The translations under genes and the position numbers were made by a program. The notes below the pieces were generated by a model. The model worked only from the letters and a program-made list of their open reading frames with translations. It did no database searches and was not told where the DNA came from. This document shows, piece after piece, positions 39,768-48,905 of a stretch of DNA of 64,000 nucleotides (positions are counted from its first letter, which is position 1; each line of letters starts with the position of its first letter). The DNA comes from Candidatus Eiseniibacteriota bacterium (GTDB lineage: Bacteria > Eisenbacteria > RBG-16-71-46): assembly GCA_038231135.1 (NCBI GenBank), contig JBBRLX010000020.1, positions 9,548 through 73,547 on the forward strand, given 5' to 3'.

Positions 39768-40426
39768 GCGACGCAGCCGTCGACGATCGTCACCGTGCGC
39801 CCCGCGCCCGACACCGCTTCGCGCTCGTGGGTCACGACCACGATCGTCTTGCCGTCCGCGGCCAGCTCGGCGAACAGCCGGAAGATCGCGGCGCTCGTCG
39901 CCGAGTCGAGGTTGCCGGTCGGCTCGTCGGCGAGGATGAGCGGCGGGTCGTTGGCCAGCGCCCGCGCGATCGCGACTCGCTGCTGCTGGCCGCCCGACAG
40001 CGCCGACGGCAGCTTGGCCGCCTGTTCGGGCACGCCGACCCGTTCGAGCAGCGTGCGTGCACGCGCCGCGCGCTCGCGACCCGGAATCGTGCCGCAGAAG
40101 TCCATCGGCAGCAGCACGTTCTCGAGCACGGTCAGGGTGGGCAGCAGCTGGAAGAACTGGAATACGATCCCCACGTTGCGCCCGCGCCAGGCCGCGAGGC
40201 GGTCGTGGGACAGGCCCTGGATCGGCGTGCCGCCGATCGTCACGGTGCCCCGCGACGGCCGGTCGATGCCGGCGAGCATGTTCAGCAACGTGGACTTGCC
40301 ACTGCCCGATTTGCCGACGATGGCGGCGAACTCGCCGGCTGTGATGTCGAGATCGATGCCGCGGAGCGCCGCGAACGGCCCCGCGGGGTTGTCGTAGGTC
40401 TTGGTGACGTTCTCGAGTCGGATCAT
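39764..40426 (-). CDS. LolD/MacB-type ABC ATP-binding protein
   Basis: GKSGSGKST, LSGGQQQR, LADEPTGNLD. Confidence 0.93.
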   Translation of the reverse strand: MIRLENVTKTYDNPAGPFAALRGIDLDITAGEFAAIVGKSGSGKSTLLNMLAGIDRPSRGTVTIGGTPIQGLSHDRLAAWRGRNVGIVFQFFQLLPTLTVLENVLLPMDFCGTIPGRERAARARTLLERVGVPEQAAKLPSALSGGQQQRVAIARALANDPPLILADEPTGNLDSATSAAIFRLFAELAADGKTIVVVTHEREAVSGAGRTVTIVDGCVA

Positions 40427-40433
40427 GGCCAGC

Positions 40434-40507
40434 AGACTAGGCGCGTGCCCCTGAACCCGCTCTGAATGCACCGTTCATGTGCCGTTCAGCCGGGGTTGGG
40501 CCATACT
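40434..40507. promoter_or_regulatory. Back-to-back divergent promoters, each with a direct-repeat box
   Basis: Minus strand: ATTCAG-N5-GTTCAG (40451-40467), 11 nt, then TAGTCT. Plus strand: GTTCAT-N5-GTTCAG (40473-40489), 12 nt, then CATACT. Confidence 0.7.
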
Positions 40508-40528
40508 CGTGGCGATCGGGGAGGGCAC

Positions 40529-41191
40529 GTGCGCATTCTGGTGGTGGAGGACGAGCCGCTGCTGTCGCAACAGCTCGTGAGGGCGCTCGGCGACGCCGGC
40601 TACGCCGTGGATGCGGCGACCGACGGCGAACAGGCGGAGTTCCTGGCTCAGACCGAGCGGTTCGATGCCGTGATCCTCGATCTCGGGCTGCCGAAGCTCG
40701 ACGGGCTCACGGTGCTGAGGCGCTGGCGGGAGGCGGGACTCGCCATGCCGGTGCTGGTGCTCACGGCACGCGACAGCTGGCACGAGAAGGTGCAGGGCAT
40801 CGACGGCGGCGCCGACGATTACGTCGCGAAGCCGTTCCGCATGGAGGAGCTGCTGGCGAGGCTGCGCGCGCTGCTCCGGCGCGCGAGCGGACAGCTCACG
40901 CCGGAGCTGCGGGCGGGGGCGCTGGCACTCGATCCGCGCGCGGCGCGCGTCACGCTCGACGGCGTCGCGGTGAAGCTCACGAGCCACGAGTTCCGCGTGC
41001 TCTCGTACCTGCTCCATCATCGCGGCCGCGTGGTGTCGCAGTCCGAGCTGACGGAGCACATCTACTCGCAACCGTTCGACCGCGATTCGAACACCGTCGA
41101 AGTGTTCATCGCCCGGCTGCGGCGCAAGCTCGGGGCGGGCACGATCGAGACCGTGCGTGGCCTCGGCTACCGGATCGGGGCGGAACCGTGA
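40529..41191 (+). CDS. OmpR-family response regulator (PhoP/FeuP/QseB-like)
   Basis: GTG start after GGGGAGGG; DLGLP..DG, LTAR..W..KV.G.D.GADDY and DSN..EVF..RLR.KL. Confidence 0.94.
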   Translation: MRILVVEDEPLLSQQLVRALGDAGYAVDAATDGEQAEFLAQTERFDAVILDLGLPKLDGLTVLRRWREAGLAMPVLVLTARDSWHEKVQGIDGGADDYVAKPFRMEELLARLRALLRRASGQLTPELRAGALALDPRAARVTLDGVAVKLTSHEFRVLSYLLHHRGRVVSQSELTEHIYSQPFDRDSNTVEVFIARLRRKLGAGTIETVRGLGYRIGAEP

Positions 41192-42168
41192 ACGTCCTGC
41201 GGTCGCTGCGCTCGCGCGTGCTGGTGGGCTCGCTGCTATGGACTCTCGGTCTGCTCGCCGCCACACATCTGCTGTGGGTCGCCCTGGCGGGGCGGTATCC
41301 GATGGTGTTGCACATGGGCCACGGCGGGGTCGTGTACGTCGCGCTGGCATTCATGGCTGCCGGGCTGCTCGGGTTGCAGAGCGGCCTGACGCCGTTCCGG
41401 GAGCTGAGCAGGCGCCTCGCCGCGGTGCGGGCGGGCCGCGAGCGCCGGCTCGACGGGCGCTATCCGAACGAAGTGCAGCCGCTGGTGACCGAACTCAACG
41501 CGCTGCTCGAACAGCGCGATCAGGCGGTGCTGCGCGCGCTCGCCCGGGCAGGCGATCTCGCGCACGGCCTCAAGACCCCGCTCGCGGTGCTCTACCACGA
41601 GGCGGACCAGGTCGAAGCGGCGGGTCATCACGACCTCGCCACGGTGATCCGGCAGCAGGTCGAGCGCATGCGCCGGCAGGCCGACTATCATCTCGTCATG
41701 GCCCGCGCCGCGAGTTCGGGGGCGTCGCCGGCGTCGCGGTCCCAGGTGCTCGAGTCGGTGGACGGGCTCGTGCGGACGCTGTCACGGTTGCATGCCGGAC
41801 GCGGCCTCCAGGTGCTGGTGAACGTGCCGCCGGGTCATGTCGTGCGGGGCTCGCGCGAGGACCTGGACGAGCTGCTCGGCAATCTGCTCGACAACGCGTT
41901 CAAGTGGGCCGCGTCGCGCATCACCGTCGCCTCGGCGGAGCACGGCTCGAACGTGGCGATCACCGTGGACGACGACGGCGCGGGCATCGATCCGTCGCAG
42001 TGGGAACGGGTGCTCCAGCGCGGCGTGCGTGCCGACGAAGCCGCCGCCGGCTCCGGGTTCGGGCTCGCGATCGTGCGGGAGCTGGCCGAGCTGCGCGGCG
42101 GCTCGATCGAAATCAGCCGCGCTCCCGACGGCGGCGTGCGTGCCCGGCTGGAGCTGCCGGCGGCCTAG
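41188..42168 (+). CDS. PhoQ/FeuQ-like sensor histidine kinase with almost no periplasmic domain
   Basis: Two closely spaced TM helices; P.EV.PL..ELN.LL, DLAH.LKTPL, GNLLDNA.KWA and GSG.GL. Confidence 0.92.
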   Translation: MNVLRSLRSRVLVGSLLWTLGLLAATHLLWVALAGRYPMVLHMGHGGVVYVALAFMAAGLLGLQSGLTPFRELSRRLAAVRAGRERRLDGRYPNEVQPLVTELNALLEQRDQAVLRALARAGDLAHGLKTPLAVLYHEADQVEAAGHHDLATVIRQQVERMRRQADYHLVMARAASSGASPASRSQVLESVDGLVRTLSRLHAGRGLQVLVNVPPGHVVRGSREDLDELLGNLLDNAFKWAASRITVASAEHGSNVAITVDDDGAGIDPSQWERVLQRGVRADEAAAGSGFGLAIVRELAELRGGSIEISRAPDGGVRARLELPAA

Positions 42169-42246
42169 GCGCTCACCGGCTGCAGGGGTCCGCGGGCAGC
42201 GACGCGCACCGCCGCTCGACGCGTGCGACGGTGCGCGGCCCGCGTG

Positions 42247-44106
42247 CTACTGCAGCATGACGAACGAGCGGCGCAGGATTCCGCCGGAGGTCGACAGTCG
42301 CACGAAATACATGCCCGGCACGGCACCCGCGATGTCGAGCTGGCCCCGGTACTCACCGGCCTCGAGCGTGCCGTCCAGGTAGCTCTTCACGAGCCGGCCC
42401 GCGATGTCATAGACCCCGAGGCTCGCCGGGCCCGACCGCGGCAGGGAAAAGTGCAGGTTCAACGCGCCGCGGGTGGGATTGGGGCTCAGCGGCGCGAGCG
42501 CGAGCGCTCCCGGTGCCGGGATCCCGAACGCCGGATTATTGCTGCCCGGGGTGGGAGTCTGCTTCACGGCCTCATTGGTCGCCAGCAGCGTCCAGGCGCG
42601 CGATTCGTCATTGCGGGTCCCGGTCGCGGGGCACCCGGCACCGTCGACGCCCTGGGTGTTCAGGGTCTGGCCGGAGTCGGTGTAGTCCGTGAGCTTGCCG
42701 TTGACGGTGACGTGCACCACCGGCTGGGTCGACGACACCTCGCTCACGCACAACTTCGGATCGCAGCCATAGCAGCCCGCGGGACTGGTGTCGGACCCGT
42801 CGAAGTTCTCGAAGGCAGTCTGGGCGAGGATCAAAGTCCTGCCCGGGTCGATCGAGGTCGCGCTCCACAGCGCGAACTTCCTGGAGCCGATGGTGACGGT
42901 CACCGCCACTCCCGACAGCGTGCTCGAGCCGAGGTTGTCGATGCGGATGCAGCTCGAATCCCAGGCATCCGAGGTGCCGGCGTCGGGCCTGCCGACGAAC
43001 GTCACGTTGGACGCGCCCAGCCACGGACTGGGCTTGGGACGCGGGTGGCCGGGGTGGTGGGTGTCGTAGTAACCGGCGTACACCGCGACCGGGCCGACGG
43101 ACGAGGTCCCGGTGCCCAGCGTGATGTCCGCCGACACCGGCGCCGACGCGTTGCCGCCGGTGTCGGTTGCGATCAGCGTTACGGTATGGGTGCCCGAGCT
43201 CGCGTACGTGTGTGACGCGGAGGCGACGGGCGCGGTCGTCGTCACGGCGGCAGAGCCGTCGCCGAAGTCGAACCGGTAGGTCTTGATGGGCGTCGCGTCC
43301 ACGTCGGTCGACCCGGAGCCGTCGGCGATGACCGCCAGCGACGAGGCGCCGGGTTTCACGGTCAGCTTCGCCACGGGTGCCGCGTCGGCCGGCGTCTGCG
43401 TGGTGGTGTAGTCGACGTGAAGCAACGGCGCCTTCGACGACGACTGGTCATAGGACACCGCGGTGCGGTGCCCGGTGCCGTTCACGATGATCGCGAGGCC
43501 GTTGTTCGCGGCCCAGCCCGGGCGGCCGACGATCTCCTGGACGATCGCCTTCAGATCAGGGGTGCGCTGGGTTGCGGTCACGTCACCGGAACGCCAGCTG
43601 GATGGCTTCCAATTCACGGTGGCACTCGTGCGGGAGCGGCCCGAGACGTTCTTCGAGCTCGAGGTGAACGCCGGCGCGTTGTCGCTCGCCTGGCCGCGGA
43701 ACACGAGACTCGTCGCCTCGGTCTGCGATTCGGCCGCGAAGAACTGAATGTAGGCGCCGGTGATTACCGCGCCCTGGGGAATCCCCAGGTTCCGCCAGCG
43801 CATGCCGACGATCTGATCGCTGCTGTCGTGGATCAACTGGAGCCGGCTGCTCGTGAGGCTCATGGACCCGCTGGAGGACTGTTCCGCGTCGTCTGCTGAC
43901 GCCGCCACTCGCCGTTCGGTGGAGGTCCGGACCGCCGCCGATGCGAGCGGGGACGATGCGGCATCCGTGGCGCCCGACTGCGTGCCCGGCTCGGCGGCGG
44001 CCGTCGCGGGCGGGGTGACCGTGTTGATCAGGAAGCCAACAGCGAGGGGCGCGAGGGTGCGGAGGACGCGTCGCGGCACATGGGTGTCCTGAATGGAGCG
44101 GTTCAT
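42247..44106 (-). CDS. Secreted multidomain protein (beta-sandwich domain, PKD, unknown Cys-containing domain, C-terminal sorting-like domain)
   Basis: Signal peptide; DDAE..IPQGA.I..AYIQF..TPDL..IVQE domain; FDFGDG PKD; terminal PNP...YDI.GR...G.YF.RL. Confidence 0.75.
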   Translation of the reverse strand: MNRSIQDTHVPRRVLRTLAPLAVGFLINTVTPPATAAAEPGTQSGATDAASSPLASAAVRTSTERRVAASADDAEQSSSGSMSLTSSRLQLIHDSSDQIVGMRWRNLGIPQGAVITGAYIQFFAAESQTEATSLVFRGQASDNAPAFTSSSKNVSGRSRTSATVNWKPSSWRSGDVTATQRTPDLKAIVQEIVGRPGWAANNGLAIIVNGTGHRTAVSYDQSSSKAPLLHVDYTTTQTPADAAPVAKLTVKPGASSLAVIADGSGSTDVDATPIKTYRFDFGDGSAAVTTTAPVASASHTYASSGTHTVTLIATDTGGNASAPVSADITLGTGTSSVGPVAVYAGYYDTHHPGHPRPKPSPWLGASNVTFVGRPDAGTSDAWDSSCIRIDNLGSSTLSGVAVTVTIGSRKFALWSATSIDPGRTLILAQTAFENFDGSDTSPAGCYGCDPKLCVSEVSSTQPVVHVTVNGKLTDYTDSGQTLNTQGVDGAGCPATGTRNDESRAWTLLATNEAVKQTPTPGSNNPAFGIPAPGALALAPLSPNPTRGALNLHFSLPRSGPASLGVYDIAGRLVKSYLDGTLEAGEYRGQLDIAGAVPGMYFVRLSTSGGILRRSFVMLQ

Positions 44107-44325
44107 CGCGGCCCTTTGCTGGAATGAATTGCCCTGGGTGCGTAACGGGGGTGAACGATACGGGTCGGCCATCCGTGACCGGAGCTGCCTGACCCATCGC
44201 GCGTTCGTATCCTAACCGATCCTGAACGGGAATGTCAGGTTTTTTGCAATCCTTAGTCCGGGCGCAGGAACTGCCCTATTGTCACGGTGATCTCCGTTCA
44301 GTGCCGCACCTACCGGAGGAACCCC

Positions 44326-45387
44326 TTGTCCCTTCCCACCGAGCCGATCGGAAGCATCCCCCGACCGCTGTCGCTCGTCCGCGCGGTGGCCGACGCCGAC
44401 GCCATGAACCCGCGGTTCGAAGAGCTATACGAGGCCGCGATCCGCGACACGATCGAGCGGTTCGAGGCCACGGGCTCGCCGGTGATCTCGGACGGCGAAC
44501 AGCGCAAGTACCACAATTTCTGGACGTACTCCGTCCATGCCCTGCCGAACACCACGCCCGACGGCTTCAAGATCCCGTTCTCCGCGGGCCACACGCGGCG
44601 GATGCCGCGGCTCACGCGCGGCCCGTTTCGCTATGGCCGCACCGCCGATACCTATCTCGACGTGGCGCTGCGCTACGCGCACGTGCCCGTCAAGCAGGCG
44701 GTGATCTCGCCGTCCGCGTTGAGCCTGATGTATCCCGCGGAGGGCATCGCGGGCTACTCGCGGGAACAGTTCATCGAAGATCTGCTCCACGAACACGAGA
44801 CCGAGATCCGCCGCTGTCTTCAGAAGGGCGCGTACAAGGTGCAGGTCGACTTCACCGAGGGTCGCCTCGCCATGAAGATCGATCCCACCGGCCATCTGCT
44901 CAACAGTTTCATCGATCTCAACAACCTGGCGCTGTCCCGGTTCACGGCGGAGGAGCGTGAGCGCATCGGTGTTCATACGTGTCCCGGTGGCGACATCGAT
45001 TCCACGCACAGCGCGGACATCGACTATGCCGAGCTGCTGCCGAGCCTGTTCGAGCTCAAGGCCGGCAACTTCTATATCGCGCTCGCCGGCGAGCGGGATC
45101 GCAAGCATGCGCTGCGTCTCATTCGGGACCACATGAAACCGGATCAGCGGATGTTCGTCGGAGTCATTTCCCCGATCGACCCGCACGTCGAGACCCAGGA
45201 AGAGGTTCGGGATCGTACGCTCGAGGCGGCGGAATACATTCCGGTCGGCCGGCTCGGCACCACCGACGATTGCGGGTTCTCGCCGTTCAGCGACGACACG
45301 TCCACGAGCCGCGACACCGCGTTCGCCAAGATCCGCGCACGGGTGCTGGGTACGGCGCTCGCGGCCGAGGTGCTCGGGAGCCGGTGA
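44326..45387 (+). CDS. Cobalamin-independent methionine synthase II (core MetE-like) family protein
   Basis: TTG start after GGAGGA; IGS.PRP, SDGEQ, Q.D, HTC and DCGF motifs. Confidence 0.82.
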   Translation: MSLPTEPIGSIPRPLSLVRAVADADAMNPRFEELYEAAIRDTIERFEATGSPVISDGEQRKYHNFWTYSVHALPNTTPDGFKIPFSAGHTRRMPRLTRGPFRYGRTADTYLDVALRYAHVPVKQAVISPSALSLMYPAEGIAGYSREQFIEDLLHEHETEIRRCLQKGAYKVQVDFTEGRLAMKIDPTGHLLNSFIDLNNLALSRFTAEERERIGVHTCPGGDIDSTHSADIDYAELLPSLFELKAGNFYIALAGERDRKHALRLIRDHMKPDQRMFVGVISPIDPHVETQEEVRDRTLEAAEYIPVGRLGTTDDCGFSPFSDDTSTSRDTAFAKIRARVLGTALAAEVLGSR

Positions 45388-47111
45388 TGGAACGGGACGA
45401 TCGCGAGGAGGACCAGCTGCGGTCGGTGGCCATCCAGAATGCCAACAGCATCCTGGTGGCGCGGCAGCGCGCCGAACAGCAGTTGCTCGAAGCCAAGCAG
45501 GCGCTCGAGATCCGGACCGCGGAGCTGGCCCGCTCGCTGTCGATGATGCGCGCCACCCTCGAATCCACGACCGACGGAATCCTGGTCACCGATCAGGCCG
45601 GCGGGGTCACGAGTTTCAACGAGAACTACCTGAAGATGTGGGGCGTGTCGCGCGAGCTCGCGGAGGCCGGCCATCACGGCCTGGCTCAGGCGCAGGGCCG
45701 GCGCTTCCTCGAGCCCGCACCGTACTTCGCGAGGATCGCCCAGATCTACGAATCGGCGCTGTCCGAGAGCCACGACGTGCTGACGCTGTCGGACGGCCAG
45801 GTGATCGAGCGGTTCTCGAAGGTGCAGTTCGTCGAGCAGCGGGACGTCGGGCGCGTGTGGATCTTCCGGGACATCACCCAGAGCCGGCGGGCGGAGCAGG
45901 AGCGGCTCCGGCTCCTCGATCGCGAGCGGGCGGCCCGCGCGGACGCCGAGCGGGCGAGCGAGATGAAGGACGAGTTCCTCGCCACGCTGTCGCACGAGTT
46001 GCGGACGCCGCTGAGCGCGATCCTCGGCTGGTCGGTGGTGCTGCGCCAGAACATCGACGACGACAAGATCCTGCACGGACTCGAGGCCATCGAGCGCAGC
46101 GCCCGCATCCAGACCCAGCTCATCGAGGACCTGCTCGACATGAGCCGGATCACGGCGGGCACGATGCGGCTCGACGTGCAGCCTGCCGATCCCGCGCTGT
46201 TCATCGAGGCCGCGCTCGAAACGGTGCGGCCCGCCGCCGACGCCAAGGGCATCCGCCTCGACAAGCGCATCGACCCCGGAGCGGGGCCGATCTCGGGGGA
46301 TCCGGCGCGGCTGCAGCAGGTCATGTGGAACCTGTTGTCGAACGCGATCAAGTTCACGCCCCGCAACGGCCGGATCCAGGTGATCCTCGAACGCGTCAAC
46401 TCGCACATCGAGATCAGCGTCGCCGACACCGGCATCGGCATCGAACCTGACTTCCTGCCGCGGGTGTTCGACCGGTTCCGGCAGGCGGACGCCACCATCA
46501 CCCGCAGCTTTGGCGGGCTGGGACTCGGGCTCGCGATCGTGAAGAATCTGGTCGAGTTGCACGGGGGCACCGTGCGCGTGAGCAGCGGGGGCCAGGACCT
46601 GGGGACGACGTTCACGGTGCAGCTTCCGCTCGCCATCGTCCACCGCGACCTCTACGGCGACTCCCGGCGCCATCCAAGCACGCCCAAGGACGCCGCGCTC
46701 GGGTTCACGCCGGTGGATCTCGCGGGGTGCACCGTGCTCGTCGTGGACGATGAATCCGACGCCCGTAACCTGATGCGCGTCGTGCTCGAGGGCTGCGGCG
46801 CGCGCGTGATCTCGGCAGGCACGGCCGTGGAGGCGCTGGCGCGCCTCGAACACGAGACGCCCGATGTCCTCGTCAGCGACATCGGGATGCCCGCAATGGA
46901 CGGCTACGAGTTGATCCGGCGCGTGCGCGAGCTGGGGCATGAGCGCAACGCGAAGCTGCCCGCGATCGCGCTGACGGCGTTCGCCCGCACCGAGGACCGC
47001 ACGCGGGCGCTGCGCGCGGGATATCTGGTGCACATGGCAAAACCTGTCGAGCCGTCCGAGCTCGTCGCCACGATCGCGAACATCTTCCGCCGGCCGACGG
47101 GCGCGGCGTAG
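45387..47111 (+). CDS. Cytoplasmic hybrid histidine kinase (coiled coil, PAS, HisKA, HATPase, REC)
   Basis: TGATG overlap with the MetE-like gene; LES..DGILV.D PAS, SHELRTPL, NL.SNA.KFT, GLGLGL; REC with DD, D, T and K; no TM. Confidence 0.93.
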   Translation: MERDDREEDQLRSVAIQNANSILVARQRAEQQLLEAKQALEIRTAELARSLSMMRATLESTTDGILVTDQAGGVTSFNENYLKMWGVSRELAEAGHHGLAQAQGRRFLEPAPYFARIAQIYESALSESHDVLTLSDGQVIERFSKVQFVEQRDVGRVWIFRDITQSRRAEQERLRLLDRERAARADAERASEMKDEFLATLSHELRTPLSAILGWSVVLRQNIDDDKILHGLEAIERSARIQTQLIEDLLDMSRITAGTMRLDVQPADPALFIEAALETVRPAADAKGIRLDKRIDPGAGPISGDPARLQQVMWNLLSNAIKFTPRNGRIQVILERVNSHIEISVADTGIGIEPDFLPRVFDRFRQADATITRSFGGLGLGLAIVKNLVELHGGTVRVSSGGQDLGTTFTVQLPLAIVHRDLYGDSRRHPSTPKDAALGFTPVDLAGCTVLVVDDESDARNLMRVVLEGCGARVISAGTAVEALARLEHETPDVLVSDIGMPAMDGYELIRRVRELGHERNAKLPAIALTAFARTEDRTRALRAGYLVHMAKPVEPSELVATIANIFRRPTGAA

Positions 47112-47162
47112 CACGACGGGCTTGGGGCCGCGGTCCCGATACCGGGGGCCGGCGCGCCGCGC

Positions 47163-47202
47163 AAAAACACGAGGCTCCCTCCATTCGTGGAGGGAGCCTC
47201 GT
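47163..47202 (-). terminator. Rho-independent terminator of the cytochrome gene
   Basis: Perfect 15-bp stem ACGAGGCTCCCTCCA-TTCG-TGGAGGGAGCCTCGT with AAAAA on the left (U-tract on the minus strand). Confidence 0.85.
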
Positions 47203-47219
47203 CGTGCCCGCCCGGGTTC

Positions 47220-48002
47220 TCAGTGGTGGTGCATCTCGTCGAGCCGCTTCGCCGGGTTCGGATTGCGGGGTTCGAGCTTCATCGCCTTCTGGTACTCCAC
47301 GACCGCGTTCGTCGTGTCCCCCAGTGCGCGATAGGCCTCGCCCAGGCCGTCGTGCACCATCCCCGAGTCGGGGAACCGGTCCGCGTTCAGGCGGAACAGC
47401 ACGATCGCACCCTTGGGATCCTGCTTCTCGAGCGCGTGGTAGCCGGCGGCGTTCAGCGCCTGCTCCCGGAAGTCGTAGGCGCCCGAGTTCTCGTAGCGGG
47501 CCCGCAACGCCTGATAGCGGGCGACCGTGGAATCGGCTCCCAGCTTGTCGTAGGTCAGCGTCAGCTCGTCGCCGAGCGTGCGCGGGCGTGAGGTGCCGTG
47601 ATGGCAGGTGATGCATCCCACGGTCACGCGGTCGGGAACGTCGGGCAGGATCTGCTTCACCTGGTCGTTCACCGAGCCCACCATCTTCATCATGCCCCGC
47701 GCCACATCCTTCTTGGGGTTCTTGTCGGACGGAAAATCGAACGCGCTGAGCGGCTCGCCTTCCTTGCCCACGTGACAGAACTGGCAACGCACGCCGAGCG
47801 CCCCGGAGAAGCCGGACATGATCGAGCGCAGTTTCTGCTTGTCGGTATCCTTCGGCAGCACCTTGAGGTTCTTGGCCGTGTCGGGCCACGACCACGATTG
47901 CTGAGCCGCCGCGGGAGTGACCGGGGCGGCTCCGGGACCGCGCAACAACCCCACCACCAGCAACAACAGGAACACCACGAACGCCAGCGGACCACGTTTC
48001 AT
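47220..48002 (-). CDS. Dihaem c-type cytochrome (reaction-centre cytochrome subunit-like domain) with C-terminal TPR
   Basis: GAGGAG RBS; signal peptide; NLKVLP, M......LGV.CQFCH, AR.MM.M and V.CITCH; then TPR helices. Confidence 0.85.
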   Translation of the reverse strand: MKRGPLAFVVFLLLLVVGLLRGPGAAPVTPAAAQQSWSWPDTAKNLKVLPKDTDKQKLRSIMSGFSGALGVRCQFCHVGKEGEPLSAFDFPSDKNPKKDVARGMMKMVGSVNDQVKQILPDVPDRVTVGCITCHHGTSRPRTLGDELTLTYDKLGADSTVARYQALRARYENSGAYDFREQALNAAGYHALEKQDPKGAIVLFRLNADRFPDSGMVHDGLGEAYRALGDTTNAVVEYQKAMKLEPRNPNPAKRLDEMHHH

Positions 48003-48211
48003 CGAACGCTCCTCGAAGGTCACGGCAAATCCCGATTCGGCCCGGCCCCGAATCGGCCGCGCACAGCAACTGCATAACCCGAAATCGGGCGCGAGTCGAG
48101 GACGAAATGACGCAAGGGGTGCCGGGCGACGTGAACGGGGCCCGAAGTGAACCTGACTTCACATGCTGCTAGAATGTGCCGCCGCGTTCGAGTGCACTTG
48201 AGGAGACCTCC

Positions 48212-48784
48212 ATGCCCGCTCTCGGTGTCATCATCGCCAGCACACGCGAGGGCCGCGCGGGGCTGCCGGTCGCCGAGTGGTTTCTCGAGATCGCCCGCGG
48301 CCACGGGCGTTTCGACGTCCACACAATCGATCTCAAGCAGCTCGGCCTGCCGCTGCTCGAGGAACCGCACCATCCCCGGCTCGGCCGCTACCAGCAGGCG
48401 ACGACGCAGGCCTGGAGCGCGCGGGTGGCGGCGCTCGACGCGTTCGTGTTCGTGACGCCCGAGTACAACTACGGCTCGCCGCCGGCGCTGGTGAACGCGC
48501 TGGATCATCTGTCGGCGGAGTGGGCCTGCAAGGCGGCGGGATTCGTCAGCTATGGCGGCATCGCGGCCGGCACGCGGTCGGTGCAGATGACGAAGCAGAT
48601 CCTCACGACGCTCAAGATCGTCCCGATCGTGGAGGCGGTGAACATCCCGTTCATCGCCCGCCTGATCGACCCGGCCACGAACACGTTTCCTGGCAACGAG
48701 ATCCTCGAGAAGTCCGCCATCGTCATGCTCGACGAGCTGGTGCGGTGGACGGAGGCGCTGGCGGTGCTGCGAACGCCGCGCTAA
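48212..48784 (+). CDS. NAD(P)H-dependent FMN reductase
   Basis: GAGGAG RBS; STR.GR, D.FVFVTPEYN.G....L.NA.D and SYGG..G motifs. Confidence 0.92.
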   Translation: MPALGVIIASTREGRAGLPVAEWFLEIARGHGRFDVHTIDLKQLGLPLLEEPHHPRLGRYQQATTQAWSARVAALDAFVFVTPEYNYGSPPALVNALDHLSAEWACKAAGFVSYGGIAAGTRSVQMTKQILTTLKIVPIVEAVNIPFIARLIDPATNTFPGNEILEKSAIVMLDELVRWTEALAVLRTPR

Positions 48785-48905
48785 GGCGAGTCTGCAGCCG
48801 GCTCGGCCGTGGGAGTTCGGACGATTCCTTCCGGGATGAGCAACATCTTAATCTACCGTTCGCGCGGGTTGGCCAGCACTCTTCCAGGTCTTGCTGAGGT
48901 TTCGG

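Noticed and set aside
44222..44285. Possible cobalamin riboswitch upstream of the MetE-like gene (GGGAA..GGT..AATCC..ACTGCCC)
   Set aside because: Spacing is wrong and no B12 box is seen.
47220..48002. Evidence for photosynthesis from the reaction-centre-like cytochrome
   Set aside because: Only two haems, a TPR fusion, and no puf or bch genes in the window.
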